Below, one piece after another: positions 9,650 to 19,301 of a stretch of 64,000 nt of DNA. Positions within the stretch are counted from its first letter, which is position 1. The number at the start of each line of letters is the position of its first letter. The DNA is from an uncultured Candidatus Saccharibacteria bacterium (GTDB taxonomy: Bacteria > Patescibacteriota > JAQUNI01): positions 21,646 to 85,645 of the forward strand of contig CAZKRD010000002.1 in assembly GCA_964555185.1 (NCBI GenBank). The letters run 5' to 3'. A program made the position numbers and the translations under genes. Under the pieces are notes generated by a model. It ran no database searches and was not told the origin of the DNA. It saw only the letters and a program-made list of their open reading frames with translations.

Positions 9650-9699
9650 CGTGTAACTCGTAACCTGTAACCCAAGGATTTTATATTATCATTGATTAT

Positions 9700-10431
9700 T
9701 TGATTATTATGTTTGAAAAAATCCATCTTTCCGTCGTGCTTCCCGCGTATAATGAAGAAAAACGGATTGCCGAGACTTTGCGGGATTTGGACGATTACTT
9801 GGGAAGGCAAAAGTACACAAGCGAAGTAGTCGTTATTAGTGACGGCTCTTCGGACAAAACAGTGGAGGTAGTCCGTGGTTTAAATATCTCGCGGGTGCGC
9901 GTAATTGACAACAAAGAGAACCATGGCAAGGGTTATGTGGTTAGACAGGCGATGCTTGATGCCCGCGGAGAGTATCGGCTTTTTATGGACGCGGACAATT
10001 CTACCAAGATCACGGAGCTTGAGAATTTCTGGCCCTATTTTAACGAAGGATATGAGATCGTGATCGGTTCGATTGAAGTAGAAGGGAGTTCAATCCATGA
10101 AACCGCGGCTTGGTACCGGCGCGTTTTAGGCAGACTGGCCAAGCTCGTTATCCGCCTCTTGCTTATTTGGGATATTCACGATACCCAAAGAGGTTTCAAG
10201 TGTTTTACGGCCAAAAGCGTAAAAGCAATTTTTTCCAAACAGACGATAGAGCGCTGGGGTTTTGATATGGAGGTTTTAAAAATAGCGCGTGTTCAGGGTT
10301 TTAAGATTAAAGAACTGCCTGTGCAGTGGAGCAATCCCGCAGGGAGCAAGGTTACCTTGGGCGCTTATGTTTCAAGTTTTCGCGAATTACTTAAGATTAA
10401 ATGGAATAGTTTAAGAGGAAGATATAAGTAA
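9700..10431 (+). CDS. family 2 glycosyltransferase (dolichyl-phosphate hexosyltransferase-like)
   Basis: LSVVLPAYNEEKRI...DADNS... is the GT2 (GT-A fold) signature with the DxD. The gene is 243 aa. Confidence 0.75.
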   Translation: MIIMFEKIHLSVVLPAYNEEKRIAETLRDLDDYLGRQKYTSEVVVISDGSSDKTVEVVRGLNISRVRVIDNKENHGKGYVVRQAMLDARGEYRLFMDADNSTKITELENFWPYFNEGYEIVIGSIEVEGSSIHETAAWYRRVLGRLAKLVIRLLLIWDIHDTQRGFKCFTAKSVKAIFSKQTIERWGFDMEVLKIARVQGFKIKELPVQWSNPAGSKVTLGAYVSSFRELLKIKWNSLRGRYK

Positions 10432-10685
10432 TAATTTTCAATTTTCAAGTACCAATTTTCAATCAAATCATAATTTTCAAATAGATTTAATTTTCAAACA
10501 GTTTGAACATTTAGTCATTGGTTATTGAAAATTGATACTTGAAAATTGAAAATTGATTAAAAACCCTTCGGCAAGTTCAGGGTGGTGAGTATAGTCGAAC
10601 CATTGGTCATTGCCTGCCGAAGCTTCAGCGCAGGTGGGGAGCTTGATTGAAAATTCGAAAATTGTAAATTGAAAATTATTGAACT
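10432..10685. repeat. family B repeat copy plus a GC-rich hairpin element between GT2 and galT
   Basis: The 5' half duplicates the 5652-5770 element. The 3' half contains cattgcctgccgaagcttcagcgcaggtgggg, which resembles the hairpin at 926-960. Confidence 0.85.
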
Positions 10686-11696
10686 ATGTCAAACAAAAAT
10701 AAAGACAAAATTTTGAAATCCGAACTCCGTCAAGATTTGGTCACCGGCAAATGGGTGGTGATCTCGCCTAAAAGAAAAAAGAGACCACACACCTCTTTTC
10801 GGGAGGCCCAGTATAAGCCTTTAGATCAGGGAGAGTGTATTTTTTGCGACCCCGCAGGTTCTGGCCAAGAGAAGGATGTTTTAATTTATGGAGAGGGAAA
10901 GGACTGGCGGGTTCGCGTTTTCCCTAACAAATACCCTGCTTTTCAAAAAGGGACTGATTTGCAAAAAAAGCTTTCTGGCCCTTATTTTGCTCAAAGGGCA
11001 ATTGGTTTTCATGAGGTACTGGTCACCAGGGATCATCTAAAATCTCTGGCCAATTTATCAAGAGAAGAGGTAAGCGAAGTTCTAGGCGCTTATCAGGAAA
11101 GGTATATTAAATTGATGAATAAGAAGTTTATTGATTATGTCTCTATTTTCCACAACCACGGCAAATCGGCAGGAGCCTCGGTTGTTCACCCCCATTCCCA
11201 GATTCTTGCGATCCCCGTGGTTTCTTCAGAGATTCGCGATGAGCTTTCCGGCAGTGAAGATTATTTTGTTAAAAATAAGGAGTGTGTTTTTTGCCGAATG
11301 GTAAGCGAGGAGCTGACTGTCAAGAAAAGAGTGGTTTATCAGAATGATTCGTTTGTTGCTTTTTGTCCTTTTGCTTCTAGGATGGGGTATGAGGTTTGGG
11401 TGATGCCGAAGATACACGAACCTTATTTTGAGAGACTGTCTAAAAAGGAAAGGCTCAAAGCTGCCGAAGCGCTTAAAACAACATTATTTCGTCTTTATAA
11501 ACTTTTGGATAATCCTGATTACAACTTCTATTTGCATACCTCTCCTTGTGACGGCAAGATTTACGACCACTACCATTGGCATCTTGAGATTCTGCCTAAG
11601 TTTTCCACCTGGGCCGGCTTTGAGCTGGGCACCGGGGTGGAGATTAATACGGTGGTGCCGGAGGCGGCGGCAGAGGAGTTGAGAAAGATTAGTTAA
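10686..11696 (+). CDS. galT: galactose-1-phosphate uridylyltransferase-like (HIT superfamily, GalT family)
   Basis: Zinc-site CIFCD in the first half-domain and an active-site HPHSQ (GalT HPHGQ-like). It has the two-HIT-half-domain architecture and is 336 aa. Confidence 0.78.
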   Translation: MSNKNKDKILKSELRQDLVTGKWVVISPKRKKRPHTSFREAQYKPLDQGECIFCDPAGSGQEKDVLIYGEGKDWRVRVFPNKYPAFQKGTDLQKKLSGPYFAQRAIGFHEVLVTRDHLKSLANLSREEVSEVLGAYQERYIKLMNKKFIDYVSIFHNHGKSAGASVVHPHSQILAIPVVSSEIRDELSGSEDYFVKNKECVFCRMVSEELTVKKRVVYQNDSFVAFCPFASRMGYEVWVMPKIHEPYFERLSKKERLKAAEALKTTLFRLYKLLDNPDYNFYLHTSPCDGKIYDHYHWHLEILPKFSTWAGFELGTGVEINTVVPEAAAEELRKIS

Positions 11697-11806
11697 AAAT
11701 TCAAAATTCAAAATGCAAAGTTGAATTTAAAGTTCAAGATTTGAGAAACTTTAAATTTTTAACTGTAATTTTGAATTTTGCACTTTGGATTTTGAACTAG
11801 CATTTT
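11697..11806. repeat. palindromic ttcaaaat/attttgaa repeat between galT and the membrane protein gene
   Basis: aaaattcaaaattcaaaatgcaaagt...actttgcactttggattttgaac is an inverted repeat. Similar aagttcaaa/tttgaactt elements are at 49270-49368 and 53951-54002. Confidence 0.75.
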
Positions 11807-12301
11807 ATGCTCGATTACTCTCAATGGTTTGCAAACTTTCCACCTCAATTATCTACTTTTTTAATCGCCGCTCTGCCGATTTCGGAAATTCGTGGCGGCT
11901 TACCATTGGGTTATACGGTTTACCATCTTTCATTTTTTCAAAGTTTTTTTTGGGCTTTTTTGGGGAATTTAATTAGCGTGGCTGTAGTTTTGGCGGTCTT
12001 GGAACCGGTTTCTCAATATCTGTCGCGTCACTCCCAGCTTTCTAAACGTTTTTTTGACTGGCTTTTTGAGCGCACCAGAAAGAAGCATTCCCACAGATTT
12101 CAGCGCCGGGGCGCTCTTGCTTTGATCACCTTTGTAGCGATCCCACTGCCGATTACCGGGGGCTGGACCGGTGCGGTCGCGGCTTTTGTTTTTGGGATTC
12201 CTTATAAAAAAGCGCTGCCTTTAATTGCTTTGGGTATCTTGATTGCCGGGATCATTGTTGGCGGTTTGACTTTAGGAGGAGCTTATATGGTTAATTTTTG
12301 A
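11807..12301 (+). CDS. small polytopic membrane protein (possibly small multidrug export-like, COG2426-like)
   Basis: A 164-aa protein with four or more hydrophobic segments and a tight fit with tpiA (4-nt overlap). No firm family assignment. Confidence 0.5.
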   Translation: MLDYSQWFANFPPQLSTFLIAALPISEIRGGLPLGYTVYHLSFFQSFFWAFLGNLISVAVVLAVLEPVSQYLSRHSQLSKRFFDWLFERTRKKHSHRFQRRGALALITFVAIPLPITGGWTGAVAAFVFGIPYKKALPLIALGILIAGIIVGGLTLGGAYMVNF

Positions 12302-13053
12302 TTTTTATGCGGAAAATTTTAATCATCGCTAATTGGAAAATGCACACTTCCTTAAAGGAGGGGAGGGAATTGGCGCGGGAGATTGATTGCGGCACAAGAA
12401 GAAAGGATTTGGAGATTGTGCTCTGTCCTCCGTTTACGCACCTTACCGCGGTTGGGAGTCAGATTAGAAATCTCGGTTTGGGCGCCCAGGATGTTTTCTG
12501 GCAGTCCGAGGGCGCTTATACCGGAGAAATTTCACCATCCACTTTAAAAGAGATCGGCTGTAAATATGTGATTATTGGCCATTCAGAAAGGAGGGAACAT
12601 TTGCAAGAGAGCGACCAGATGATTGCTAGAAAATTAGAAGCCTGTTTGGCTGTTAATTTAACGCCGGTTTTATGCGTCGGAGAGAAGCGAGAGGAAAGAG
12701 AGAAAAACAAGACTCTGGAAGTTTTAGAGGAGCAGTTAAGTTCAGATCTAAAAGATGTTGCCCGGATTGATTCCTTGGTTATTGCTTATGAGCCGGTGTG
12801 GTCCATTGGTACGGGTGAGACCGCGGAGCCTTCTGATATCGAAGCGACAGTCCGTTATATCCGGGAAACTATTGGCGCCAAATACGGTCAAGAAAAAGCG
12901 GACAAATTGAGGATTCTATACGGCGGCAGTGTTGATAGCGGGAACGTCCAGGGCTTTGTTCAAGAAAAAGATATTAACGGGGTTTTGGTGGGTGGCGCGA
13001 GTGTTAATTCGGAAGAGTTTATCAAGATCATTAAAGCAATCAACCAATTTTGA
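12298..13053 (+). CDS. tpiA: triosephosphate isomerase
   Basis: IIANWKMH start motif, active-site region IIGHSERR and catalytic loop AYEPVWSIGTG. Confidence 0.93.
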   Translation: MIFMRKILIIANWKMHTSLKEGRELAREIDCGTRRKDLEIVLCPPFTHLTAVGSQIRNLGLGAQDVFWQSEGAYTGEISPSTLKEIGCKYVIIGHSERREHLQESDQMIARKLEACLAVNLTPVLCVGEKREEREKNKTLEVLEEQLSSDLKDVARIDSLVIAYEPVWSIGTGETAEPSDIEATVRYIRETIGAKYGQEKADKLRILYGGSVDSGNVQGFVQEKDINGVLVGGASVNSEEFIKIIKAINQF

Positions 13054-13065
13054 TTTTACAATACT

Positions 13066-13932
13066 ATGTTAGCCCAAGCGCGAGAATTAATGGAAAAAGC
13101 CCAGGCAGATGTTTATGCCTTGGGAGCTTTTAATACAAATAATTTGGAAGTGACGCAGGCGATTATCAGAGCGGCAAATGGAAAGAGATCCCCGGTGGTG
13201 GTCCAGGTTTCTGAAACCACGATCGGCTATGCCGGCCTAAAATCGATAACCCAGATTGTCTGCACGGTTGCGGAAGAGGAGGGAAAGGACGTGCCCGTGG
13301 CTTTGCATTTAGATCACGGACGCAGCTTTCATTCGATTGCTTCTTGCATTAAAGCCGGTTTCTCTTCTGTCCAGATTGATGCTTCTGATTTAGGGTTTGA
13401 AGAGAATATCAGCCTGACTCGTCAAGTAGTTGATTTTGCTCATGCCAAGAATGTGTTTGTTCAAGGGGAGTTAGGTCGGGTTGGCGGTATGCATGGCATT
13501 TTGGGAGAGGACGAAAAAAAACTTGAAAATATTGATTACACAGATCCCCTTCGGGCTAAGGAGTTTGTGAGGAGAACTAAAGTTGACTCTCTGGCAGTCT
13601 CTATTGGCACAGTTCATGGTCTTTATAAGGCGAAGATCCGTTTTGATATTTTGGAAGAGATTAGGAGTTTGGTTTCGGTTCCTCTGGTTTTGCATGGCGC
13701 CTCTGGTGTATTACCGAAAGAAGTGCGAAAGGCGATCAGGAGCGGGATTAATAAAATTAATATTGATACTGAATTGAGAGTGGTGTTTTTTAATGCTTTG
13801 CAGGCTTTCCTTGCTAAAAATAAAAAACAGACAGATCCGCGTAAGATTTTGGCCGCGGCTAGAGAGGCGGTGCAAGAGGTGGTCGCCGCTAAAGTGGAGC
13901 TTTTTGGCAGCGCGGGAAAAGCGAATTTTTGA
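13066..13932 (+). CDS. fba: class II fructose-bisphosphate aldolase
   Basis: Class II aldolase layout (AFNTNNLE, LHLDHG, HGASG). The gene is 288 aa. Confidence 0.9.
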   Translation: MLAQARELMEKAQADVYALGAFNTNNLEVTQAIIRAANGKRSPVVVQVSETTIGYAGLKSITQIVCTVAEEEGKDVPVALHLDHGRSFHSIASCIKAGFSSVQIDASDLGFEENISLTRQVVDFAHAKNVFVQGELGRVGGMHGILGEDEKKLENIDYTDPLRAKEFVRRTKVDSLAVSIGTVHGLYKAKIRFDILEEIRSLVSVPLVLHGASGVLPKEVRKAIRSGINKINIDTELRVVFFNALQAFLAKNKKQTDPRKILAAAREAVQEVVAAKVELFGSAGKANF

Positions 13933-13956
13933 AAAAAGTAAGTCTAATTTAAAAAT

Positions 13957-14976
13957 ATGGAAAAAATCAAAATTGCGATCAATGGTTTTGGCCGGATTGG
14001 CCGGACCGCTTTCCGAGCCGCGCTCGCTAATGAAAGTTTAGAAATCGTGGCAATTAATGACTTAGCCGATCTTCCCAATTTAGCTTATCTTTTAAAGTAC
14101 GACTCAATCCATGGCCGCTACGATGGCAAGGTGGAGGTAAAAGGCGATAAGCTCGTCGTTGTTCAAAAAGAATATCTTGCTTTAGCGGAAAAGGATCCAG
14201 AGAAACTTCCTTGGAAGAGTTTAGGAATTGATCTTGTTTTAGAATGCACTGGTTTTTTCACGGACAGAGAGGGAGCGGAAAAACATTTGAAAGCAGGAGC
14301 AAAGAGGGTGATTATTTCCGCGCCAACAAAGTCAGAAGATATCCCGACTTATCTTTTGGGGGTCAACCACGAGGCTTATCAGCCAAAGAAGGACTTGATT
14401 ATTTCGATGGCTTCCTGTACAACCAATGCTTTGGCGCCGACTGCCAAAGTTTTGGATGATGTTTTCGGTATTGAAAAGTCTTTGATGACCGTAATTCACA
14501 GTTATACTTCAACTCAAGGGTTAGTTGACGGCTCGCATCAGAAAGATTTCCGGCGCGGCCGGGCCGCGGGAGTTAATATTGTACCAACGACAACCGGGGC
14601 AGCGATTGCTACAACTAAAACGATCCCTGGGCTTGTTGGTAAATTCGACGGCATTGCCGTCAGGGTGCCCACTCCTTGTGTTTCTTTGGTTGATTTGGTT
14701 GCTTTACTCCAAAAAGATACCAGCAAGGAGGAGGTTAATAAAGCTTTTGGCGAGGCAGCCCAAGGCGAACTTCGAGGGATTTTGAATGTAACCAGAGAGC
14801 CTTTGGTTTCCACTGATTTCATCCATAGTCCTTATTCCGCGGTTGTTGATTTATCTTTAACCAGAGTAATCGGGAAGAAGTTAGTAAAATTATTGGTTTG
14901 GCATGATAATGAGTGGGGATATTCGGTGCGGTTAGTAGAGATGGCGGATTATGTAGGAAAAAAGCTTAAAGCATAA
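13957..14976 (+). CDS. gap: glyceraldehyde-3-phosphate dehydrogenase
   Basis: INGFGRIGR NAD motif and the ASCTTN catalytic Cys. The gene is 339 aa. Confidence 0.95.
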   Translation: MEKIKIAINGFGRIGRTAFRAALANESLEIVAINDLADLPNLAYLLKYDSIHGRYDGKVEVKGDKLVVVQKEYLALAEKDPEKLPWKSLGIDLVLECTGFFTDREGAEKHLKAGAKRVIISAPTKSEDIPTYLLGVNHEAYQPKKDLIISMASCTTNALAPTAKVLDDVFGIEKSLMTVIHSYTSTQGLVDGSHQKDFRRGRAAGVNIVPTTTGAAIATTKTIPGLVGKFDGIAVRVPTPCVSLVDLVALLQKDTSKEEVNKAFGEAAQGELRGILNVTREPLVSTDFIHSPYSAVVDLSLTRVIGKKLVKLLVWHDNEWGYSVRLVEMADYVGKKLKA

Positions 14977-15012
14977 GGTGACAAGCGTAAAGTCTTAAAG
15001 ATCTTCGTTTTT

Positions 15013-16149
15013 ATGAAGACAATTAAGGATATTAATTTAACGAACAAAACGGTTTTACTCCGTACGGGTTTTGATGTCCCGATCGAAAAAGGAAAAGTGG
15101 TTGATCACTACCGGATTGCTGCTGGCTTGCCCACGATTCGATATTTAGTTCAGAGGAATTGTAAAATTATCATTATTTTTCATATCGGAAGACCAGAAGG
15201 GAAGGTTGCTCCCAAGTTAGAGGTGGAACCGGTGCGTGCCAAGTTAAGTAGTCTTTTGGGGTGCCAGATTCCTCGAGCGGTTTCCTATCAAAAAGAGCAA
15301 GTAGCCCAGGAGGTTGCGGGTTTGCAGGGAGGGAGGATTTTGCTTTTAGAGAATTTACGTTTTTTGCCAGAAGAAATAGAGAACGATCAGGGCTTTGCCC
15401 GCGACTTGGCTTCCTTGGCGCAGATTTATGTCCAGGACGCATTTTCGGTTTTGCATCGCGACCATGCTTCAGTAACCGGTATTCCTAAATATCTTCCGAC
15501 GGTTGCTGGTTTATTGTTAGAAAAGGAGATCAAAAAATTACAACAGGCCAAAGAGGAGCCCTTAAAACCAGCGATTGTGATTATTGGGGGGGCGAAAACC
15601 GAGACTAAAATTCCGGTGCTGGATAATCTTTTAGCAGGGAATTTTGACCAGGCCCTGATTGGGGGGGTGGTCGCTAATAATTTTTTGATCAGTCAAGGCG
15701 TTGACCTGAAGAAATCGAGAATAGATGCGGATTTTATTGAGGATTCCCAAAAACTACTCAAGAAGTACAATTTCATTCTCGGTACGGGTTTCCGGGTTGA
15801 TGATGAGATAATTTTACCTTCGGATTTTGTTTGGAATGATCAGGACCAGATTTTTGATATCGGTCCCCAGACGATTAAACAATACCAGGGGATTATTAGT
15901 TCTGCCCAGACAATAATTTGGAACGGGCCGATGGGGGTTTTTGAAGAAGAGAAATTTGCTGGCGGAACCAGAGAAATTGCTAAGGCGATTTTGGGTTCTC
16001 GGGCTAAGAAGATTGTGGGCGGCGGGGATACGGTTGCCGCTCTTATCAAATTTAAGCTTCTAGACAAGTTTGATTTTGTTTCCACCGGCGGAGGAGTAAT
16101 GCTCAAATTTCTAGCAGGCGAGAAGTTGCCAGGCCTGGAAGTCTTGTAA
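15013..16149 (+). CDS. pgk: phosphoglycerate kinase
   Basis: A 378-aa protein with PGK motifs (LLLENLRF, GGAKT..KI, GGGDT). Confidence 0.95.
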   Translation: MKTIKDINLTNKTVLLRTGFDVPIEKGKVVDHYRIAAGLPTIRYLVQRNCKIIIIFHIGRPEGKVAPKLEVEPVRAKLSSLLGCQIPRAVSYQKEQVAQEVAGLQGGRILLLENLRFLPEEIENDQGFARDLASLAQIYVQDAFSVLHRDHASVTGIPKYLPTVAGLLLEKEIKKLQQAKEEPLKPAIVIIGGAKTETKIPVLDNLLAGNFDQALIGGVVANNFLISQGVDLKKSRIDADFIEDSQKLLKKYNFILGTGFRVDDEIILPSDFVWNDQDQIFDIGPQTIKQYQGIISSAQTIIWNGPMGVFEEEKFAGGTREIAKAILGSRAKKIVGGGDTVAALIKFKLLDKFDFVSTGGGVMLKFLAGEKLPGLEVL

Positions 16150-16258
16150 CCTATAACCTGTAACCTATAACTTGTAACTCAAGAAATAAAACTTGGGTTA
16201 CAGGTTACAAGTTGTGAGTTATAAGACTTCCAAGTTACAAGTTATAGGTTACAAGACA
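16150..16258. repeat. family A palindromic repeat (long hairpin) between pgk and ctpA
   Basis: cttgtaacctataacctgtaacctataacttgtaactcaag then a loop aaataaaa then cttgggttacaggttacaagttgtgagttataag. The loop sequence is the reverse complement of the loops at 20515-20545 and 21245-21270, so the element occurs in both orientations. Confidence 0.85.
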
Positions 16259-17479
16259 ATGGGTAAATTAAAAAAATATTTTTCAATTTATATCGCCGTT
16301 ATTTTAATCCTGGGCGCTTTTGCGACCGGTCTTTATATTGGCCGCGGCAGAAGGGCGGGAGATGTGGAGACAGGCTGGCAGATTTTCAGCAGCATTATTG
16401 AAGGCAATGAAGAGAAGCCCAGTGAGGTTGATTTTGGTCTGTTTTGGCAGGTCTGGAATGTGATTGAGGAGAAATTTACGGACGGCCCCTTGGATTATCA
16501 AGAAATGGTTTATGGTGCTATTTCTGGTATGATTGATTCTTTAGGTGACCCTTATACCGTGTTTATGAAGCCCCAAGAAGCAGAAGAATTCGAGCAGGAA
16601 ATGCAGGGCAAGTTTGAAGGGATTGGCGCGGAAATTGGGATCCGCAATGACCATCTAACCATTATCGCCCCTTTGGCAGATTCGCCAGCAGAACAGGCGG
16701 GCTTGCGAGCGCGGGACATGGTTATCCAAATTGATGATTACGACGCGAGTGACATCAGTCTCCTTGAGGCAGTTACCCGGATCCGGGGTGAAAAAGGGAC
16801 CGAGGTTGTTTTGAAGGTTTTACGGGAAGGAGTAGATGATCCTTTTGAGATTAGGATTGTAAGAGATGAAATTAAAGTAGAAAGCGTTAAATGGGAGATC
16901 AAGGAGAATAACATCGCCCTGATTGAGGTCTCCCGCTTTGGCGAGGAGACAGAGGGCGAGTTTAAAAAAGCAGTAGGAAAGATTTTAAGTTCTGATCCAA
17001 AAGGGATAGTTTTAGATTTGCGCAACAACCCAGGGGGCTATTTAGACACGGCGGTAAAGATAGGGTCTGAATTTATTTCTAAAAAGGAGGTTGTGGCGAT
17101 TGAAGAATTCGCAGGCGGCGAGCAGAATCAATTCAGATCAAAAGGACCGGCCAGACTACAGGGTTTGCCGATTATAGTTTTAGTCAATGAGGGATCAGCT
17201 TCCGCCTCGGAGATTTTAGGGGGCGCTCTTCAGGATTACGGCATTGCCCGGCTGGTCGGTAAAAAGACTTTTGGCAAGGGGTCGGTTCAGCAGTTGGAAG
17301 AGTTTTATGATGGTTCCAAGGTGCGGGTAACGATTGCTAAATGGTTGACACCGAAAGGCCGTTATATTCATGAGGAGGGGATTGAGCCGGACTTTGAAGT
17401 AGACTTGAGCAATGAAGATATTAATGCAGACCGGGATCCGCAGATGGAGAGGGCGATAGAGTTATTGACCTCTGATTGA
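16259..17479 (+). CDS. ctpA: S41 family C-terminal processing peptidase (PDZ-containing)
   Basis: Membrane anchor, PDZ region and the S41 catalytic segment (LVNEGSASASEILGGALQD...GKKTFGKGSVQ). The track start at 16193 runs into the intergenic palindromic repeat, so I used the ATG at 16259. Confidence 0.87.
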   Translation: MGKLKKYFSIYIAVILILGAFATGLYIGRGRRAGDVETGWQIFSSIIEGNEEKPSEVDFGLFWQVWNVIEEKFTDGPLDYQEMVYGAISGMIDSLGDPYTVFMKPQEAEEFEQEMQGKFEGIGAEIGIRNDHLTIIAPLADSPAEQAGLRARDMVIQIDDYDASDISLLEAVTRIRGEKGTEVVLKVLREGVDDPFEIRIVRDEIKVESVKWEIKENNIALIEVSRFGEETEGEFKKAVGKILSSDPKGIVLDLRNNPGGYLDTAVKIGSEFISKKEVVAIEEFAGGEQNQFRSKGPARLQGLPIIVLVNEGSASASEILGGALQDYGIARLVGKKTFGKGSVQQLEEFYDGSKVRVTIAKWLTPKGRYIHEEGIEPDFEVDLSNEDINADRDPQMERAIELLTSD

Positions 17480-17617
17480 AGTGATGATATATTGAATTAT
17501 TCTCATTATCCTAATTGTTCTAAAAAATGACCAAGCACCAACACCTTTTGGACATTGGGATTTATTTAGGTCAATTAGGTCAATTAGAATAATTAGAATC
17601 ATTTTTTATTTTGTTCT

Positions 17618-18067
17618 ATGAAGATTATTCTCCGAAAATCCCACACTAATTTAGGCAGTAAAGGAGATGTTGTTTTGGTCAAATCCGGTTTTGCCCGCAA
17701 TTTTTTGATTCCCAAGAACATTGCTCTTCCCGCAACAGAAAAGAGTATTATAATGATTAAAACCCAGGTTTTAGCGGAGAAAAAGGCCCGCCAGAAGACT
17801 CTAAAAAAATTAGAAAAAATGAAAGACAAGATTGCTGGACTGAAACTAGAGATTAAGGCAAAAGCGCAAGAGGGAGGCAAGCTTTTTGGTTCGGTGGGAA
17901 GGCTTAAAATTCAAAAGGCGCTGGAGAAAAAAATTGGCATTAAAATCCCAAAAACAAAAATAGACCTGGAACAGGCCATTAAGAGGGTTGGGGAGTATAA
18001 AGTTACTTTAAATATATCTTCAAAAATGAAACCGGAAGTGGGAGTACTTGTAACTCGCAGCTTGTAA
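17618..18067 (+). CDS. rplI: 50S ribosomal protein L9
   Basis: MKIILRKSHTNLGSKGDVVLVKSGFARNFLIPKN is the L9 N-domain. The gene is 149 aa. Confidence 0.88.
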   Translation: MKIILRKSHTNLGSKGDVVLVKSGFARNFLIPKNIALPATEKSIIMIKTQVLAEKKARQKTLKKLEKMKDKIAGLKLEIKAKAQEGGKLFGSVGRLKIQKALEKKIGIKIPKTKIDLEQAIKRVGEYKVTLNISSKMKPEVGVLVTRSL

Positions 18068-18214
18068 CCTGTAACTTGTAACCCAAGGATTTGTTTTAAA
18101 TAATTTAAGCTTGGTTCAATTCACAATTTTGCGAGTAGTATAACTTATTATTTCATTTTGTCAATATAAAAAAACAGCAAACTTTAACAATTGTTGCGTT
18201 TTACAGACCCAATC

Positions 18215-18493
18215 TTAAGATTTAATCACCGCGACAAAAGAGGTTTTTTTCAGTCTGCCTGTGAATTTATTGACTTTGCGGGTATAAAATTGAACTTTGC
18301 CGTCAGATAACGCAAAAAGCGTGTCATCGCCTGCCCGTTTAACATTTGTTCCAGGATGAAATTTGGTCCCGCGCTGGCGGATAATGATTTGCCCTTCTTT
18401 CACTTTTTGCCCGCCAAATATTTTAACCCCTAATCTTTTGGATTTTGAGTCGCGACCCAAAGAAGTCGAGCCGCCAGCCTTAGTGTGAGCCAT
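18215..18493 (-). CDS. rpmA: 50S ribosomal protein L27
   Basis: [29 protein letters not shown] is the canonical L27 start. The gene is 92 aa. Confidence 0.93.
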   Translation of the reverse strand: MAHTKAGGSTSLGRDSKSKRLGVKIFGGQKVKEGQIIIRQRGTKFHPGTNVKRAGDDTLFALSDGKVQFYTRKVNKFTGRLKKTSFVAVIKS

Positions 18494-18605
18494 ATTTTTC
18501 TTGTAATGTGTAACCTATAACTTATAACTCAAGACAAGAAATCAAACTTGAGTTACGGGTTACAAGTTATAGGTTACACGTTACAAGTTACACGATTTTA
18601 ATAAA
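18494..18605. repeat. family A long hairpin in the divergent rpmA / Ada-like gene promoter region
   Basis: gtgtaacctataacttataactcaag ... cttgagttacgggttacaagttataggttacac: a ~26-bp imperfect stem. Confidence 0.85.
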
Positions 18606-19253
18606 ATGGTCAAGTGGTTAAAACAAAATCAAAATAAACTGGTTTTGGTGATCGGCATTATTTTAGTTGCCGCTTCTGCTTTTGCCGGCGGGATGTTGTT
18701 TTCAGGCAGTGAGCAAAAAGAGCCGTTATCACTCTCGGAAATACCAGGGCAAGAGACTCTTTCTTTGTCTTTTGATACGGTTGACGGTTCGGTTGTTTTG
18801 AGCAAGACGGATCCAGGAGCGACCGTAAAACAAGGGGATCAAATTGTTCCCAGTGATCAGGAAGGCCGTTTTCAGTTTAATTTCAATCAAGGCACCGCGA
18901 TTTCTGTTTTTAACGAGAGTAATTTAATCAATCTAGACCTTAGGGGTTTTAGCGCCCCGCAGATTAAGGTAGAAAATTTAGGCAATATTCAAGGGACAGA
19001 GGATATTCGAGTTGCTGCTCCGAAAGAAACCAAAAGTCAAGAGCAGACTGATTCTGTAAGGGCGAACCAGGGTTCGCCCGCCCAAGAGACTCCCAAGACC
19101 GGCCAATTTGTCGGCAGCAAAAACAGCGATAAATATCACTTACCATCCTGTCGCTGGGTTAAGAAGATTAAAGAAGCGAACCAGGTTTGGTTTTCGTCCA
19201 CTGAAGAAGCAGCAAGCAAAGGTTACAAGCCATGCTCGCAGTGTCTTAAATAG
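18606..19253 (+). CDS. membrane-anchored protein with a C-terminal Ada-like metal-binding domain
   Basis: N-terminal TM helix, then a low-complexity S/Q/E/T-rich linker. The C-terminus YHLPSCRWV...ANQVWFSSTEEAASKGYKPCSQC aligns with the Ada N-terminal zinc motif (FCRPSC...FYA..EA.AAGFRPCKRC), but with His replacing the first Cys. Confidence 0.6.
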   Translation: MVKWLKQNQNKLVLVIGIILVAASAFAGGMLFSGSEQKEPLSLSEIPGQETLSLSFDTVDGSVVLSKTDPGATVKQGDQIVPSDQEGRFQFNFNQGTAISVFNESNLINLDLRGFSAPQIKVENLGNIQGTEDIRVAAPKETKSQEQTDSVRANQGSPAQETPKTGQFVGSKNSDKYHLPSCRWVKKIKEANQVWFSSTEEAASKGYKPCSQCLK

Positions 19254-19301
19254 TGTAATGTGTAACTTGTAACCCAAGTTAAATTTGAAATTACAAGAAG
19301 T

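Noticed and set aside
16193-16258. An N-terminal extension of ctpA (MGYRLQVVSYKTSKLQVIGYKT).
   Set aside because: It is encoded by the family A palindromic repeat, and the same Y-K-L-Q-V-T-S pseudo-peptide appears upstream of iscU. The real start is the ATG at 16259 before the signal anchor.
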